In this document: one piece after another, positions 15,129-29,762 of the stretch | How positions within the stretch are numbered: position 1 is the first letter of the stretch | How the letters are laid out: each line of letters begins with the position of its first letter | NCBI RefSeq assembly: GCF_009914755.1 | Contig: NC_060926.1 | Strand: one strand, 5' to 3' | Length of the DNA stretch: 64,000 nt | Origin: the human T2T-CHM13v2.0 reference genome, Homo sapiens | Notes under the pieces: generated by a model | What the model was told of the DNA's origin: nothing | Databases searched by the model: none | The model's input: the letters and a program-made list of their open reading frames with translations, nothing else | Made by a program: the position numbers and the translations under genes

Positions 15129-15904
15129 ATATATAAATGATAATATAATCATATTACTTAGAAACAGAGGCAATCATATAAGAACCACTTTAAAAATAAA
15201 TGTATATATTTGAAAATCTTTCTTCCTCCAAATTTCTTCAATCTGTTTTTGTAATTCCTCAATGAGGCAAGTATTGATATAATAGTTTAACATACAGATT
15301 AAGATGAAAACAGTTAAGGGACTTAGTAGTTCACATTTAAAAGTAGCAAAGTCTCAGTGTGAATCCAGGTTTTCCGACTCCTCCCTCCAACCTTCATCTT
15401 AACATGCAGAAATTTATCAAGCACTATCCAGTTACTTAAAGCTTGTTGAACACTATCTATTTATATGTCTATGTTTCTAGTAGATTAGATAGAAGCTCCC
15501 ACAAGGCAGGGGCTAAGTCCAGCAGATTTGCATTTGACTATTCCTAAGGCATATATAAGGTACTCAATTACTTTTTGCTGAACTCAAGCAAGGAATGAGT
15601 CAGAGATGGAAGCTATTCCTACTGGCAAAAGGAACAAAGTTCTAAGAGATCTAGAAAAACAGATTCTTCTCAAGTTCAGATCAGAAAGCAATTGTATTAG
15701 CAAATTTCTGTGTCCTAGTAACTATTCAGAGACAGAATCATTGTTCCTGTGGGGGAACTTGAACCAGTTAGAAAGGGTTCTACTCACAAGCTGAAATTCC
15801 AAGGCCAGACAGGTGGGCTACCAAAACAGAAGGTTTGAAACAGGGGTGCAATGGTGACTTACACAAAATCTTCTAACATCTGACTTCTCAGATGTAAAAA
15901 AAAA

Positions 15905-16200
15905 AATGAAGAAAATTCAAAAATAGAGAAAAATCAGTACTGAAAATTAGGGGACGGGTGTAATCCAAATGCACGCTACATTGAAAATGCCTGTTAGACT
16001 GAAGTGGTGAGATTAAAGAAAGATATGAAACCAATTTATCACTTCCCTCCCTATTAAAATAACAACCCCAGTGAGAAATACAAAGAGGGTGCTTGGGACT
16101 CCAGGCACATAGCTTAGTTTGGAGGGGCAAGGATGGATGAGAAACACATTTTAGGATAAACAAGGAAATGTCCACACATAAATACTGGTGATGTCTCTGA
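15905..16200 (-). mobile_element. L2 fragment
   Basis: Degenerate 'ttgaaaatgcctgttagac...aagtggtgagatt'. Confidence 0.4.
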
Positions 16201-17273
16201 CACAGTGATCAGAATGGTAAGGACACATATATCTTTAGGATCATGTATCAGTGTAGAATTACTGTTAAGATAGCTTAGGGAAAATATACTTACACTATGA
16301 TCATCAATATTTAAATATACAGACAGCTAAGAACAAAATAAATAGACATAATAATAGTGCTTAGATTTGGCTGATAGTGATATAAGAAAATATGCGATAA
16401 GTATGACATAAATTAAAGTGTCACAAAAATCCTATGAATAATTCCAGTCCAGGCATTACTGCCTTCTTCTAAAATGTAACCTCTGCCCCAACTCCTGCCT
16501 GCCAGAGGCAGGGTGAGCCCCAGAAAGTGAGCTGGAGGCAGATCAGTGGCTGGGTTCACCAGGGCTTCTTTTTTGACTTCACTCCAGCCTGCCTTCCTCT
16601 CCCCTCTCCACTTTGCTTGATCCTCTGCAGGCTTAGACTTAGAGCATCTCTGTCAACCTATGTCTTTTCTTCCTGCCCACCTCTGTCTTCTGGCTGACAG
16701 CTTGCCTCATCTGTGAAGCTGAGGTAGCTGTCCCTTGGCTCATCCTTGGAAAGCCATCTGGGGAAGGACTGCTGCTCGCTATCTAAGCCTGGATTCTTCC
16801 CCTTCCACATTCATCCCGGCAGGTTGGGACAAAGTCACTTGCATTAGAAAAGGAATGAGATTGCCTGCTGGTCTCAAATATGGAGTAATTACATCACATT
16901 TCTAAAAGATGTGTAAATCCCATTGAGATAGATATGCCACCTAAATGTAGACATATAAGTCATTTCATGGTACTATTCCAAGAAGTTCTTAAATTTATAA
17001 CATTTTCAAAATTGAGATAATCTCACAGTACCTGAATATTATTATGATTCAAGTTTTAAAACATGGATGTACGCTTTTGGATATAATAAAGAATATACAG
17101 AAAATCACTATCAGAAAGACATATAAAAGGATTTTTTTAACTATTAATGTCCCTTATAATAAAACATGTGACAGATTAAAATACAGTAGTTGTATACGAA
17201 TACGTGATTTCTTTTAAATTAGAAACTATTTAACTATTTGACCTAAAAATTTGAAGCAACATAGCAACAGGCC

Positions 17274-17661
17274 TAATATGACTTAGCTGTGCTACCACCC
17301 AAATCTCATCTTGAATTGTAGTTCCCATAATCCCCATGTGTCCTGGAAGGGGGAGCGGGACTAAATTACCCAGTGGGAGTTAATGTTTTTTGATTATGGG
17401 GGTGGCTACCCTCATGCTGTTCTTGTGATAGTGAGTGCGTTCCCATGAAATCTGATGCAGGAAAGGGGCTTTCCCCCTTTGCTGGGCACTTCTCCCTGCT
17501 GCCATGTGAAGAAGAACATGTTTGCTTCCCCTTCGGCCATAATTGTAGGTTCCCTGAGGCCTCCCAGTCATACAGAACTGTGAGTCAATTAAACGTCTTT
17601 TCTTTATAAATTATCCAGTCTCTGCCAGTTCTTTATAGCAGCATGAGAATGGATTAATGCA
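17274..17661 (+). mobile_element. THE1 (C/D-like) MaLR solo LTR
   Basis: 'cacccaaatctcatcttgaattgtagttcccataatcccc' and 'tgtgagtcaattaaac...ttctttatagcagcatgagaatgg'; 5-bp TSD aggcc / agtcc. Confidence 0.92.
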
Positions 17662-18432
17662 AGTCCCATTCAATGTTAATCTCACTGTGTTTTAGCATGC
17701 CTATGGTTAGACTTTAAAAATACTCCACTACCATCACCATTTAAATGATGTTACTATTGTCCAGGATGTATACAAGTTTTGTCAATAATACTTTTACTTG
17801 CCATCCACACTTGCAATTTATTCTCAAATATAATTAGTGATGCAATATATTAGAAGCAATTAAATAATGCTTACTCATCAAATCATATTATATACAACAG
17901 GGTTTTAGAGTAAATGGAAGAGTTACTTGAATCTAGGCTTTTTATGATATCCAAATGTGCTATTTTTATGGTGCTTTCAGCCACTCCAGCAAGCAGATAC
18001 AAAGAACCACAATACTGATAATCATTGTGAGTAATGAATTCATTTATCCATTCAGTACTTCATTTCCCTGGCAAGTATGTGGGTATACTTGCCCACTGCA
18101 AGGTACTTCGCTAGGTGTTGTCAGTAGATCAAAGAAATGTATATGTCCTGTTCTCAAAGACTAAATGATGCGACACTCAGGAAGCAGACCATTGGCATGC
18201 TCATAGTAAGCATTCATGGCTTAGTCCGTGAAGGTCTGAGGCATTTGGGAATTTTTACTCTCTTCGAGGATAAATTTGGGTCTTCTGATGGCAGAGCAGA
18301 GCAAGAAACCAGTCACTTAGCAAGGACCTGAGCTGATTAGCCCATTAGTTGCTATTATTCTCCTCAAGATCACATCTTCTTTCATTAAAGTCATCCAAGG
18401 TTACCATTCAATAAACTTAATAAGAAATATGA

Positions 18433-18807
<375 letters not shown>

Positions 18808-21329
18808 TTAGGAGGAGGCCGGGGGGCTTCAAATATTCCACAGTGAACCCTATGGGCTCCACTGTCTTCAGACCTGGAGTCTCTTTCTTAGCTACAGAGT
18901 GAGGGAAACTCACTCCTTCCAAGATCATCTGCTGCCTCAAACACTGGCCAGTGCACTTCAGGTCATTGCCCTTCTGGTGATGTTCTGGAGTTTAATAGGT
19001 TGTGTGGCTATCTTGAAGAGATTTCTAGGATTCAGGGTCTACATGGCTAACTACGGAGCTGACCAAGACCAATGGCTGTCTAGTAATGGATCCAGCCTCC
19101 TTAGTCACTTTCTCTCTAAGAGGTCTAGGCTTCTTTCTTTTTCTTAGCTGCCACCTGAAGGTGTCAGCTCTGGCCTTTTATGTCTGGATTTTCTGGCATA
19201 AACAGCCACTCATAGGAGAGTCTTTCAAGTTAATATAGCCTGTAGTCAATCTGTTTATTCAGAGGGAATATGAAGGAAATTTTGTGGCACAGTAGGCTCC
19301 ACTTCTCTTCATTCTAGAAAGGGTCCATTTGAAGAGGAGATAGAAGTTTGAGACAGTTCTCACCTCAGCAAATATTTTCACTGGCCTTTCTATGGGGATT
19401 ATATAAAAACAAATCCCAAAACACTTTTTATATTATTTTGAACATGTTTAAGTGCAGTTTCACTAGAAATTAATATTTCTAGAAATCTAGCTTTGAGTAC
19501 TATCATCAAAGTTTAACCCAAAGGATTTTAGAGAGCTGTTGGCTGGAATAATCCATTTATATCCACGAGAATAAATCTTCGAATATAATTTAGCTCCTGA
19601 TTGAATCTTTCTTCTGTGAACTTATCTCAGGATGCATTTGAGTTTTATTTTGGAAAACAATCTTTAAATAAATCTGAACAGGTAATACAAAATGATGGAA
19701 AGTACATTTGTGACAGCAATAGGGAATGTAGAGTTTCTCATCCTCAAGAAATACAGGCCTTAGATTTGCATTGGAGAAATGATCTAGTTTCAGAGGTAAG
19801 GTGTTATGGAAATTGACACGTGAATATTTGCAAATTTGAAGCTTTGCGGAATAAAGTCACTTTGTTTATATACTCTGATATAAATTCCTATTTTCTTTCA
19901 TGCTTTTGTTTGCATTCAGGAGACTGCCAACTTCAAATAAAAGACTAGCTACAGTATTAGATTGTCTGATCTAACTCTAACATAGGAAAAATTGACAACC
20001 ATGGTTTCAGAAAGTTCATTTTCTGCCTTTAGCCATAGAGAACAAGGCACCCTCCTGTAGTCAAATATACACAAACACTTAACATCAGGTCTTTACACTA
20101 TTTCCAGAATTAATGCTACTGTGTATTTTCAGGTGAAGTTCATTTTGTGAGTAAAATGAAGGCATATTGGAAATAAGAACTTGCATGATGATAGAAATTA
20201 TAAAATTATTCTAGTGCAGCATCCCTCCTGCTCTACTTTAACATAATATTTCGTAAAAAAAATTGATTTCTATTAAAGTAAAATCCAGAAAAAAATGGTT
20301 AGGTTTTCTGTTGACTGGCATACTTGTAGACCTCTTTGGTGACCTAAATTTGAACAAGGCTGGATTCTAATGGCTTAGTATGTTCCCCATTAAATATAAG
20401 AAAATCCAGTTAATTAATTAGCCCTTGGTGTTAAATGAGTTTTTTAAGCCTGAGAGATGAGGGGAACGTGGGATTTGTGGTGACTTGAGAGTGAACATTA
20501 ATGATGTTGAACCCAGAGTGACTGTTAATATGGGCCACCTTGCAGCTGGGAGTCCAGTGACAGCGGGTGGGCAGGAGCTGCAGCAAAAGCTCACAGAGGG
20601 AGACAAGTGTTCACTTATCACAGATGCTGCCAAAGTCCCGTTTTCTTTCATCTTCGACTATATTATATTGCGTTCCACTGTTTTATTGTTTCCCCAGATA
20701 TATTTTTAAAGTAGCAGGACAATCATTTAGTGTTAACATAGCATGCAACATGCTCATGTCAGTTTTTGCTTAATCAAAACCTAGACTAATCATGGCCCAT
20801 TCCAGATGGAGAACAGGTATGTGTTTTCTATACAGTCCTAGGTCACCAGAAAGACAAATTTCTTAGTACATTTACTAATTTACTATATTTACCTACTTGG
20901 TAAGTTTACTAATTCTTTAGTAAAACCGTAAGAAGCATAACGGGGTGATGGATTTGGAACATGATTTATTTATATTTATGTTCTAGTTATCACAAGAGAA
21001 ACAACACTTCATTATTGGGGAAATACTCGATTTGTGTTTTAAGAGCTAACTTACTAGGAAGAAATAACGCATTTTAGTTCCAATTACCATTCTCAGCTTT
21101 TACTTATTATGACTGTTATGTTATTCCTTTATAATGACATAGGTGAAAATTCAGAATCCATTCATTCAGCAAGCATATTAGATGCTTATTCAGGTTTTAT
21201 GTTAATCTTTGTCATGCAATTTTCCCCTGAATTTATTGGGCAAGATGTTTCAGATATTTCAGAATCAGGTTAAACTCTTCTACTTACCAGAGCTCCTAGA
21301 TTTAAGTCATCCTCACCCTCCCCTCAGAA

Positions 21330-21450
21330 TATCAGCTTCATGAAGACAGTGATATTTATCTACTTTTTCTCTTGCTGTTTCCCCACATGTACCTGCAACA
21401 GTGCCTGCTGCATAGGAGACCACTGATAATGTGTTTTTTCATGAAGAATC
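21330..21450 (+). mobile_element. L2 3' end
   Basis: 'agcttcatgaagacag...aacagtgcctgctgcatag'. Confidence 0.6.
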
Positions 21451-22400
21451 AACTCAGTCTGTCAATTTGCCACATCTCTGAACCTAGAAGTATTGTGTTT
21501 TTCTGAGAATAATTAGTAAAGTAGCCTCAGTCAATGACAGCACTTGAAAGAAGTTGGAAAAGGCATTAATTCCTATCTAACCCCTTTTTAAAAACACTAA
21601 CTCCTCCCATTCTTACAAGGACCAATTAAAGATACTCATATATTCCAATCTAGAAGTGAACTGAGTGGATTCAACAGTCTGTTAATGACAATTGAACAAA
21701 ATTAACTTTTAGTGTCTTTTTGAAGTAGGTACGGATAACGTGTATCACAAAAGAGGTAAATTGTTAAGTCAGGGCAAATGAAGTTAAGATATTTAAATCA
21801 AGTTATTTTAGAGAGCTCTTAAGCTAATTATGCTCAGAAAAGTAGCTGCTTCTTGGCTTATAAAAGATAGCACCTCTTTCAAACAGGTGTAGCTGGGGTA
21901 GGATGGTACACTTAGCAAGACTCCTTAGTTCTCTGTGTGGCCACTTAAGAGAGATTTTAGAGATTTCCTAGGTATCTCCAAAACGTTACTCTGTTTTTGA
22001 GGGATTGCCTGAAATATCATTGATGGCACTTAAGCCTAAAGAATAATCCCTTGTTAAAATATAGATATCCATGGGAAGGATGACATTTTAAGCTGTTCCT
22101 GTCATTTTTATTTCATTGAAGGCAATGGCTATAATCAGGTTTTGAGTGAGGCAATGAAAGCAGAGATAACAAAGCCTTTGGACACTCAAGAGAGAAAAGT
22201 GCCAGCTTCTAAGGACCCAGGCTTCCTATGTGAGGCCTGTGGTCGGGTTGGCGTGAGCTCTGTCCTGGGGCTGAGTCCTGGAACACACAATCTAGATTTG
22301 TTTTTTCTTATTTCTTGGCACAACTACCTGATTAGATGAGGTTGAAAGTCTTGCAAAAACTAAGTCAGTTCTCATTTTTTTTAATTTTAAAATGGTGTTG

Positions 22401-22880
22401 GGAGATCCTGCCTTTTGTAACAACATGGATAAACCTGGTGGACCTTCTGCTAAGTGAAATAAGCCAGGGACAGAAAGAAAAATACTGTTTAATGACACTT
22501 ACATGTGAAATAAAAAAAAAAAAAAACACAGTAACAGAGTAGAATGGTGGTTACCAAGGGTGGGGAAGGGGAAGACCTGGGGAGATACAGGTCAAATGGT
22601 ACAAACTTGTAGTTGTTTAGGTTAAATAAGTCTAGGAATCTAATATACAGCAGAAGGGCTATAGTTTGTTATATTGTATTGTGTGTTGAAAATTTGCTAA
22701 GGAAGTAGATTTTAGGTGTTCTTGCCACAAACATGTACATGCACACACAGAGGTAATTATGGACAGTGATGAACTTGTTAGATTGCCACCTAACTTTAGT
22801 CAACATTTCAGTCAACATTTTGCCGTGGATACGTACATCAACACACCATGTTGTACACCTTACATTTACACAATTAAAGA
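22401..22880 (+). mobile_element. L1MA (about MA9) 3' end
   Basis: 'acaacatggataaacctgg...ctaagtgaaataagccagg', 'gagtagaatggtggttacca', 'catgttgtacacctt'. Confidence 0.85.
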
Positions 22881-23522
22881 AATGGTTTTCAGTGAAGTGA
22901 AAACGTTAGGGAAAAAGTGAAACTACTCATAAACTGTATTTAACCTCAGCAGTTGACTGTTTGAAATCTACTCAACCTTCTTCCTTTTCCTCTCTTTCTT
23001 CTACTCTCTTTCCATGGATTGCCTAGGCTAATTCACCACTTTCTAGACAACTCAGTCCTGAAGCGTCTCATTCCAGGATTTATCTCACTCACTGGTGTTT
23101 GGCCTTACCTTAATTCATCTTTTTATTCAACAAGGACAGGAAGTGACCCAAGGAGATAGTTATCACCTCAGCTTTCTTCATTTTGCCTAGGGATAACTTT
23201 CAGGTAACAGCTACTAATTATTCCTTTTTAAAAATTACAACCCTAGGAGTTCTATTCCTAAAGATTCACAATGTTTTGGGGGAAGATCCTGTTCCTGGCT
23301 CCAATACTAGAGTTTGTAATATTGCCAATTTTACCGAATTGAAAGAAATGGCTAAAATCAGTTTCTAAGCGAGAATTGATATTGCTCATTTTTGATAAAA
23401 CCCCAACACAATGGCTTGTTATATTGTGAAATGGTTAGGAATTGAGTGATTATACTTTCAATCTATGAATACTCTTGAGCATGTTGATTTTTACTTTGGT
23501 AAAACTGTGTTCTCTTTTTCAG

Positions 23523-23630
23523 GCCACAAGCTTTTCTTTCAAAAATGGATACCCAGCCACCCCCAAATAAATTCATCATTTCTATACTAACACTTAATAT
23601 AAGCAACCTTGCCTTTTTATTTCTCCAAAG
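23523..23630 (+). other. Candidate 108-nt exon or recursive-splice-like site (unverified)
   Basis: Acceptor 'ttctctttttcag|', donor 'AAG|gtgagt', internal TACTAAC followed by a pyrimidine tract. Confidence 0.3.
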
Positions 23631-26600
23631 GTGAGTCAAAGTTTAGAAATAAATATGTAATAATAGAAAACTATTCGTTTGGGTAGACTTAGATGTCTGT
23701 GAGAATAATAACACTAAATACTCTGGAAAACATTTATAATTCACCCTGTGTTATGCTGCAGTATACATCTAAAAAATACATACTGATTGAATCCTTGAAG
23801 TCAGAGAAGCTAAAGACTCAGCCTTTACTTGCAAGAAATTTACACTTAATATGTGAATGACTGAAGTAAATGATAGAAATGATATTTCACAAATGAGTTT
23901 CCAATAAATAGTCACGTGGGAGTTTAGAAAAGAAAGCAAATATATTTTTTCTGGCTAAGAGATTTACAGAAGCAGTGAGTAGAAGGCTCTTTGTTGGGCT
24001 TTAAAGTTCACATATTTAAAATGTCCAGCCATGGAGGAAGAGCACTTCAGGTGGAACAGAAACATGGCAGTGGACAAGTGCGAGTGAATGTAGATGAGAG
24101 GTGTTGTCCATTTTTACCTGAGAGTGAAAGCAGATCCAGTTATGAAGATGTGTTGATCTAACACTTGGAAGGACAGTAATAATTGCCCAGCCCATTAGTG
24201 TGCCCTTGGTGGTGTAGGCAATGGGGGCAGGCCCTGGATATATTAAACAGGACAGAATCATTATAATTGTGCATTAGGAAATTTAATTCTTCAAAGATGT
24301 ATGGTGAATTAGAAAGGGAAAGAGTCTAACATTGGAGTCCAGTTAAAAGGGCCTTTGCACAGCCCATTGAATATCTGGAATGTTGAATGCTAATACTAGG
24401 AATATTTCCACAACAGAGGAAATGATAAGCAGAAAATGATTTTATACGTGTGTGGAAACCAGTTGAAGGTAGAGTTATAAATAAGGCTGGGACTAATAAG
24501 TGACAGAATGGAGTATAGACAACTGAAGATGGAAACTTGATTCATTTATATTAATCAGCAGATGGGGATAAATGAGTTAAGGGATGTTCACCTTCCAGGT
24601 GACATAGTACAAAAGTATGCACCAGCTACAAAAGTGCATGAAGCCTTAGTACTTAGTATCCTTTCCAATCACAGCTGCAAAAAAAATCATACCATGCCTC
24701 AGTATTCTCATTCAATATAATGTCAATAATCAGAGAGGTGATCACATCAGCAAATTCCATCTATCGGGTCCTGGAAACAGAGAAACACAGCGAATCTTTA
24801 CAAATCTATCAGTATAATCTGAGTGTTAACTAAAGGTAATCAGGCAAGAGTAAATATGGTGGTCTGTAAACATGGGTATCTGCCACGTACAATGTCAGGT
24901 AAACATTGTCACCTGGTATTAAAAACACTAAATATCCCCATAACATTAATTCAGCTACTATGCATGTAGATTTTACCATGGACTCAACAAATTACATGGT
25001 AAGATCTTGTAAAAGATATCTGGGAACTTCAGAACAGAACTTAGAGCAATGGGAATTCCTATCCAATCCAACATTGTATATTTCAAATGTGTGCATTTAG
25101 GGGACTCAAATGATAATTCTTTTAGGACTTTCCCAGTTCCCTATTCCTCCCACTAACACAATCTATTTTTCTCAACTTTCTTTGCAATGTATCTGGGTTC
25201 CCGTATCAAAACCTTAACTCTAAGTGATAACATTATAATTGTGAAACTTCGGTTTAGTTTGAAGCTTGTCAGTGCACCACTAACCATATAATGTATTTTT
25301 ATTACAGAGACTTTTGAAAAATGATATAATTATAGTGAGGATAGAAAATATCTACCTCAGTGATTGAAAATCACAGTGGGAGTAAAAGTAGGTAGAGATA
25401 GACATGTAAATGTCCCTAGCTAAAAATTTCAGGTTCTATTTCTAGATTGCTTTCGTCTTTATGGTAATTCTTTCTAACAGGACTAGGAATCATTTTATTT
25501 GATTGTGGAAGCAGAGAATGACAAGGGATGGACCTCTTGAGATGACAGCCTGACAGCCTTTAAATCAAGGAGGATCTCTTTTTTAGCAAGCATGAAGATT
25601 AAACAGACTAATGAATCAGTGTTTTAGACCATCCAGTCCTGGGAGATCACATCAGAGTCCCATCAGCCACGGTCAGGTCAAGGAACATTCTTTCCTGTCA
25701 ACTGGCAAGCCTCCTATTGTTGTGTTGAAAGTCTTGCTCCTCTCTGGGAAATTACTCTACTTAATGGAGACAGATGTCACTGCACATAATTTTATAGTTC
25801 TAAGGATCTAAAAGGTAAGCTCTCCTTAACCAGTGTAGTTGGGGGCAAAAAAAATGTGGTTGTGTCTATTTTATATTCTGGAATTAGTTTCTTTCCACCA
25901 TATGTCAATTTCATTTTTAATAGAGAAATTTTTATTCTACTTGTCTAAATGTTCTCATAAAAAGGAAATATCCAATGTGCCATTGCCTTCAGAGTTTCCT
26001 AGAAATTCCTTGATCTGTCACCATTCAGTGGACATGAATGTAAATTTTAAGAGACTTAAAGCTTTCAAGAGGGCTCTGAGTCAAGCTCCTTCTCACCTCT
26101 CAGTTATATCTCTGGATTAATCAAAATTCGTGATGCAGTTCTTTTGAAGTTGTTAATTTTATTTGAGACAGTCATATATGCTCAGTACATAGGGAAGCAT
26201 AAGTGCAGTTTTTTTCTTTCCTTCTCCTAGCCAGTATTATTCTAGAAAACAAAATTACGTAAAAATTGCACTGAAGTTGCAAAGCAGATATTAGATTTTT
26301 GTTCTAAAATGAATCTCGATGATGCTTATCTTAATGAATAAGAGATAGGAATTTCTTTTAATTAAACAATTCATTGTTTCAATTAAACAAACTTCATTTT
26401 GTTTCATTGCCATCCTTTAAGTATGGGCAACTTTTGTCTTCCACATTCTGCTATTTCCTGTTGCTTCTCTGCTGACATTTTGCCAGCAAACAGAATAGCA
26501 GGCTATGAGTGCACATCACCTAGTTTTAATACAATATTAGTATCTGATCTTTAACTCATTAAATGACAAGACTTGTCATCTTTGACTTGCTACTATTTAA

Positions 26601-29093
26601 CATTGCAGACCTGTCTCTAATAGCTGTAACACATATTATTCCCTGAAACATTTGTGAGCAGTAAGCATGACAGAGTAAGAATTAGTTTAGCAGGAAAAAG
26701 CAAAATGATTTCATTTCCAGCGCAGAGATATATTTCTGCACTAGCTGTGATCATATTTTTACGTCACAACTATTGATTCAGGGGTTACTTTAAACTAATT
26801 TATAATAATTCTGTTAATCATTATATTAACATTTAAATATACATGTTAATTTAAAAATATAGATACATACTCTAAAATTTCAACAAAAAGTATTAAACAT
26901 TTTTAAAATTTGCTTTTCCTTTTGAATCCACAAATGCTTTTAATGAATTGGTGCTTGGGTACTGAGCCAGTTTTAACTCGCCAGAGGCCCATGTCATTTA
27001 TTTTCTTGTTTAACCGTGAAAAGAACATTAAAAGAGTGGCTCAAAACAAACCAACCAACAAACAACAAATTCACCCCTTTTCAGGTCTTCATAGAGATTT
27101 ATGTCCACTCAATGAGCTTATCATGGGTAAGGGCTGTTAGAGATTCCAAAGAAGCAGAAGTCATGACCTCTCACCTCAAGTATTCGTAATGTTGCAGGGA
27201 GATGTGAAATACACATATGAAATAACAACAGAACACATGCAAGTCAGCGTATTAATAACATATGATATTACAGAACAGATGATATAAATAAATTTTGAAG
27301 AAGTGTAAAGTAAGGGAAACTTTGCCTTGTCCTGTGGTCAGACAAGAAAGGAAGCTATTAATGTAATCTCTGTAGGAAATATACATTTAGGTTTGGTTAA
27401 GTGAAGTGAGGATGGTGATCAAAAGTTAGGGGTCTAGTGTGAGTTCTTGCAGAAAGGCCCAGCAGAAGAAGGAAGCTAGGCCTAAGAGTGAGCTCTCTTC
27501 ATCTTCACCTGGAGACTCTTTGGCGCTGGATGGGCTGACGGGATTTATATGCCTCTTCCCTCTCACTTGGGTTGTTGCTTGTTTTTCTGGAAATTACGTA
27601 TTCTTGGGGATACTTTCTGCGGCTCTTATTTACTCATAGTGTGACAAAAGAGTGTGCCTGGTGGAAAATAATACAGATTGCAGGACCATCCAGCGACTCT
27701 GCCATGCTCATGCTTTCTGTTTCCCTGGACACCTAAGGCATACTAGATGGCATCCAACTGCCCTGTCATTGAGATGAGTCAGCTCTGCTCTGAATATTCC
27801 CTTATTTTAGCAAGGTGACATCATGCTGAGTGGCATACATGGTTGTGGCTGTGCAAGAAAAGTATACATGACCTGTGGTTGTGGCAATCAATGGCGAGAG
27901 CACTGGGAAGGAGCCATGGAGTTCTAGCTCCTTCTACAGTGAGCCAATCCTTATCTTGCAGAGACCTCATTTTCCTCATAGAATATAAGGAGGTTGGGCT
28001 GGAGTATCACTAAGGTAACTTTCAGAAATTATTTTCTATTATTTTAAATTTGTTCCAAAGTTAGAAACATTAATAAGGCAAAGGATACCTTCCCAGCACA
28101 ATACTTACTTCATGAAGAAGTAAAATAAAGCACAAATCTTTAGCCAATGAATTTTATGTAATCTCTTCCCTATGTCTACCACCATTTGAGCAGGGAAATC
28201 TATAAAATCCAGGCCAGTGTCAGTGCCAGCATCCTTAGCCAGGAGTTTTCAGTAGTTCCTCAGGGATATGGCTGACTTTTCAGGTGGACCTGGTGAGGTA
28301 TTGCACTCCCCAGCAAGAGGAGGCAGCTGGGAATTTGGATTTGAAGCACAAGAGAGAACAAGGGTCTAGAGATAGAAATTTGGGGTTCTTACAAAAATTG
28401 GGCTCCTTATAGAATCTGACTTTAGAGACGTCCTACTCTACTTCCTCCATTAGGAAAATTGGAGGTTAAATAAACTGCTGTATCCACCTAGTGAATTAGT
28501 GGTAATTCTCAGAAACCCAGATTTTAGTCTCCTGATCTAGCCCACAGACAGTACTTCCATTTAATTAGTCAAATTGATTGAAAACTTAATTACACATAAT
28601 CCCACACAAAAGGGAGTTATGATAATCACACATGCAAAGCTTCAGGGATGTAAAGGATAGGAGGGCCAAGTTGATGATAGCCAAAGAACTGGGAGAGCAG
28701 AATTCCCACTGTAGCCACCTTCTCTTCATGGGGGAAGCACTTAATAAAGGAATGTGGGTTTTCTGGTTGTAACATTTTATAAGGTAGAATTAAAAACATG
28801 AGACAAGGTTTCAGGTAAAGCGGAGGGTGTCATTAAAAAAAATCCTCTAGAGGAAAATTCCCTTAACTCAGACTGAATCTGCTAGAGAACTGGTTACAAT
28901 AACCTAGCTTGGACATTCTCAGACAAGATACAAAGCTTGCTCAGATGCCATTAGGAGATATCCGGATATTCTCAAGCCCCCCTCCCCGGTGTTCTTATGA
29001 TGCATTCACACTCACACCCTCACTGTGGTGTTTATTGTAATGATTTGGGAGACAGCCTTAAGCATCTTGTAACTTGGAAAAATAGTTCTCTTA

Positions 29094-29515
<422 letters not shown>

Positions 29516-29709
29516 GTTTTCTTTTTTGAAAAAGTGTTTTTATTCCAGAATAATTATTAATTGTTTTTCTTACAATGTTTCTGCAGAAATAAAATTATAT
29601 TATACAGTCTTTATACTTGGTAGCTCTATCTAGAGACTGCCAAATTAACTACTTGGAAAATTGGATCATAATGAATCGACTTTATTGTGAGGCATATCCC
29701 TAATCAAAC

Positions 29710-29727
29710 CACACACAGAAACACACA

Positions 29728-29761
<34 letters not shown>
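29710..29761. repeat. (CA)n microsatellite
   Basis: Direct reading. Confidence 0.95.
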
Positions 29762-29762
<1 letters not shown>

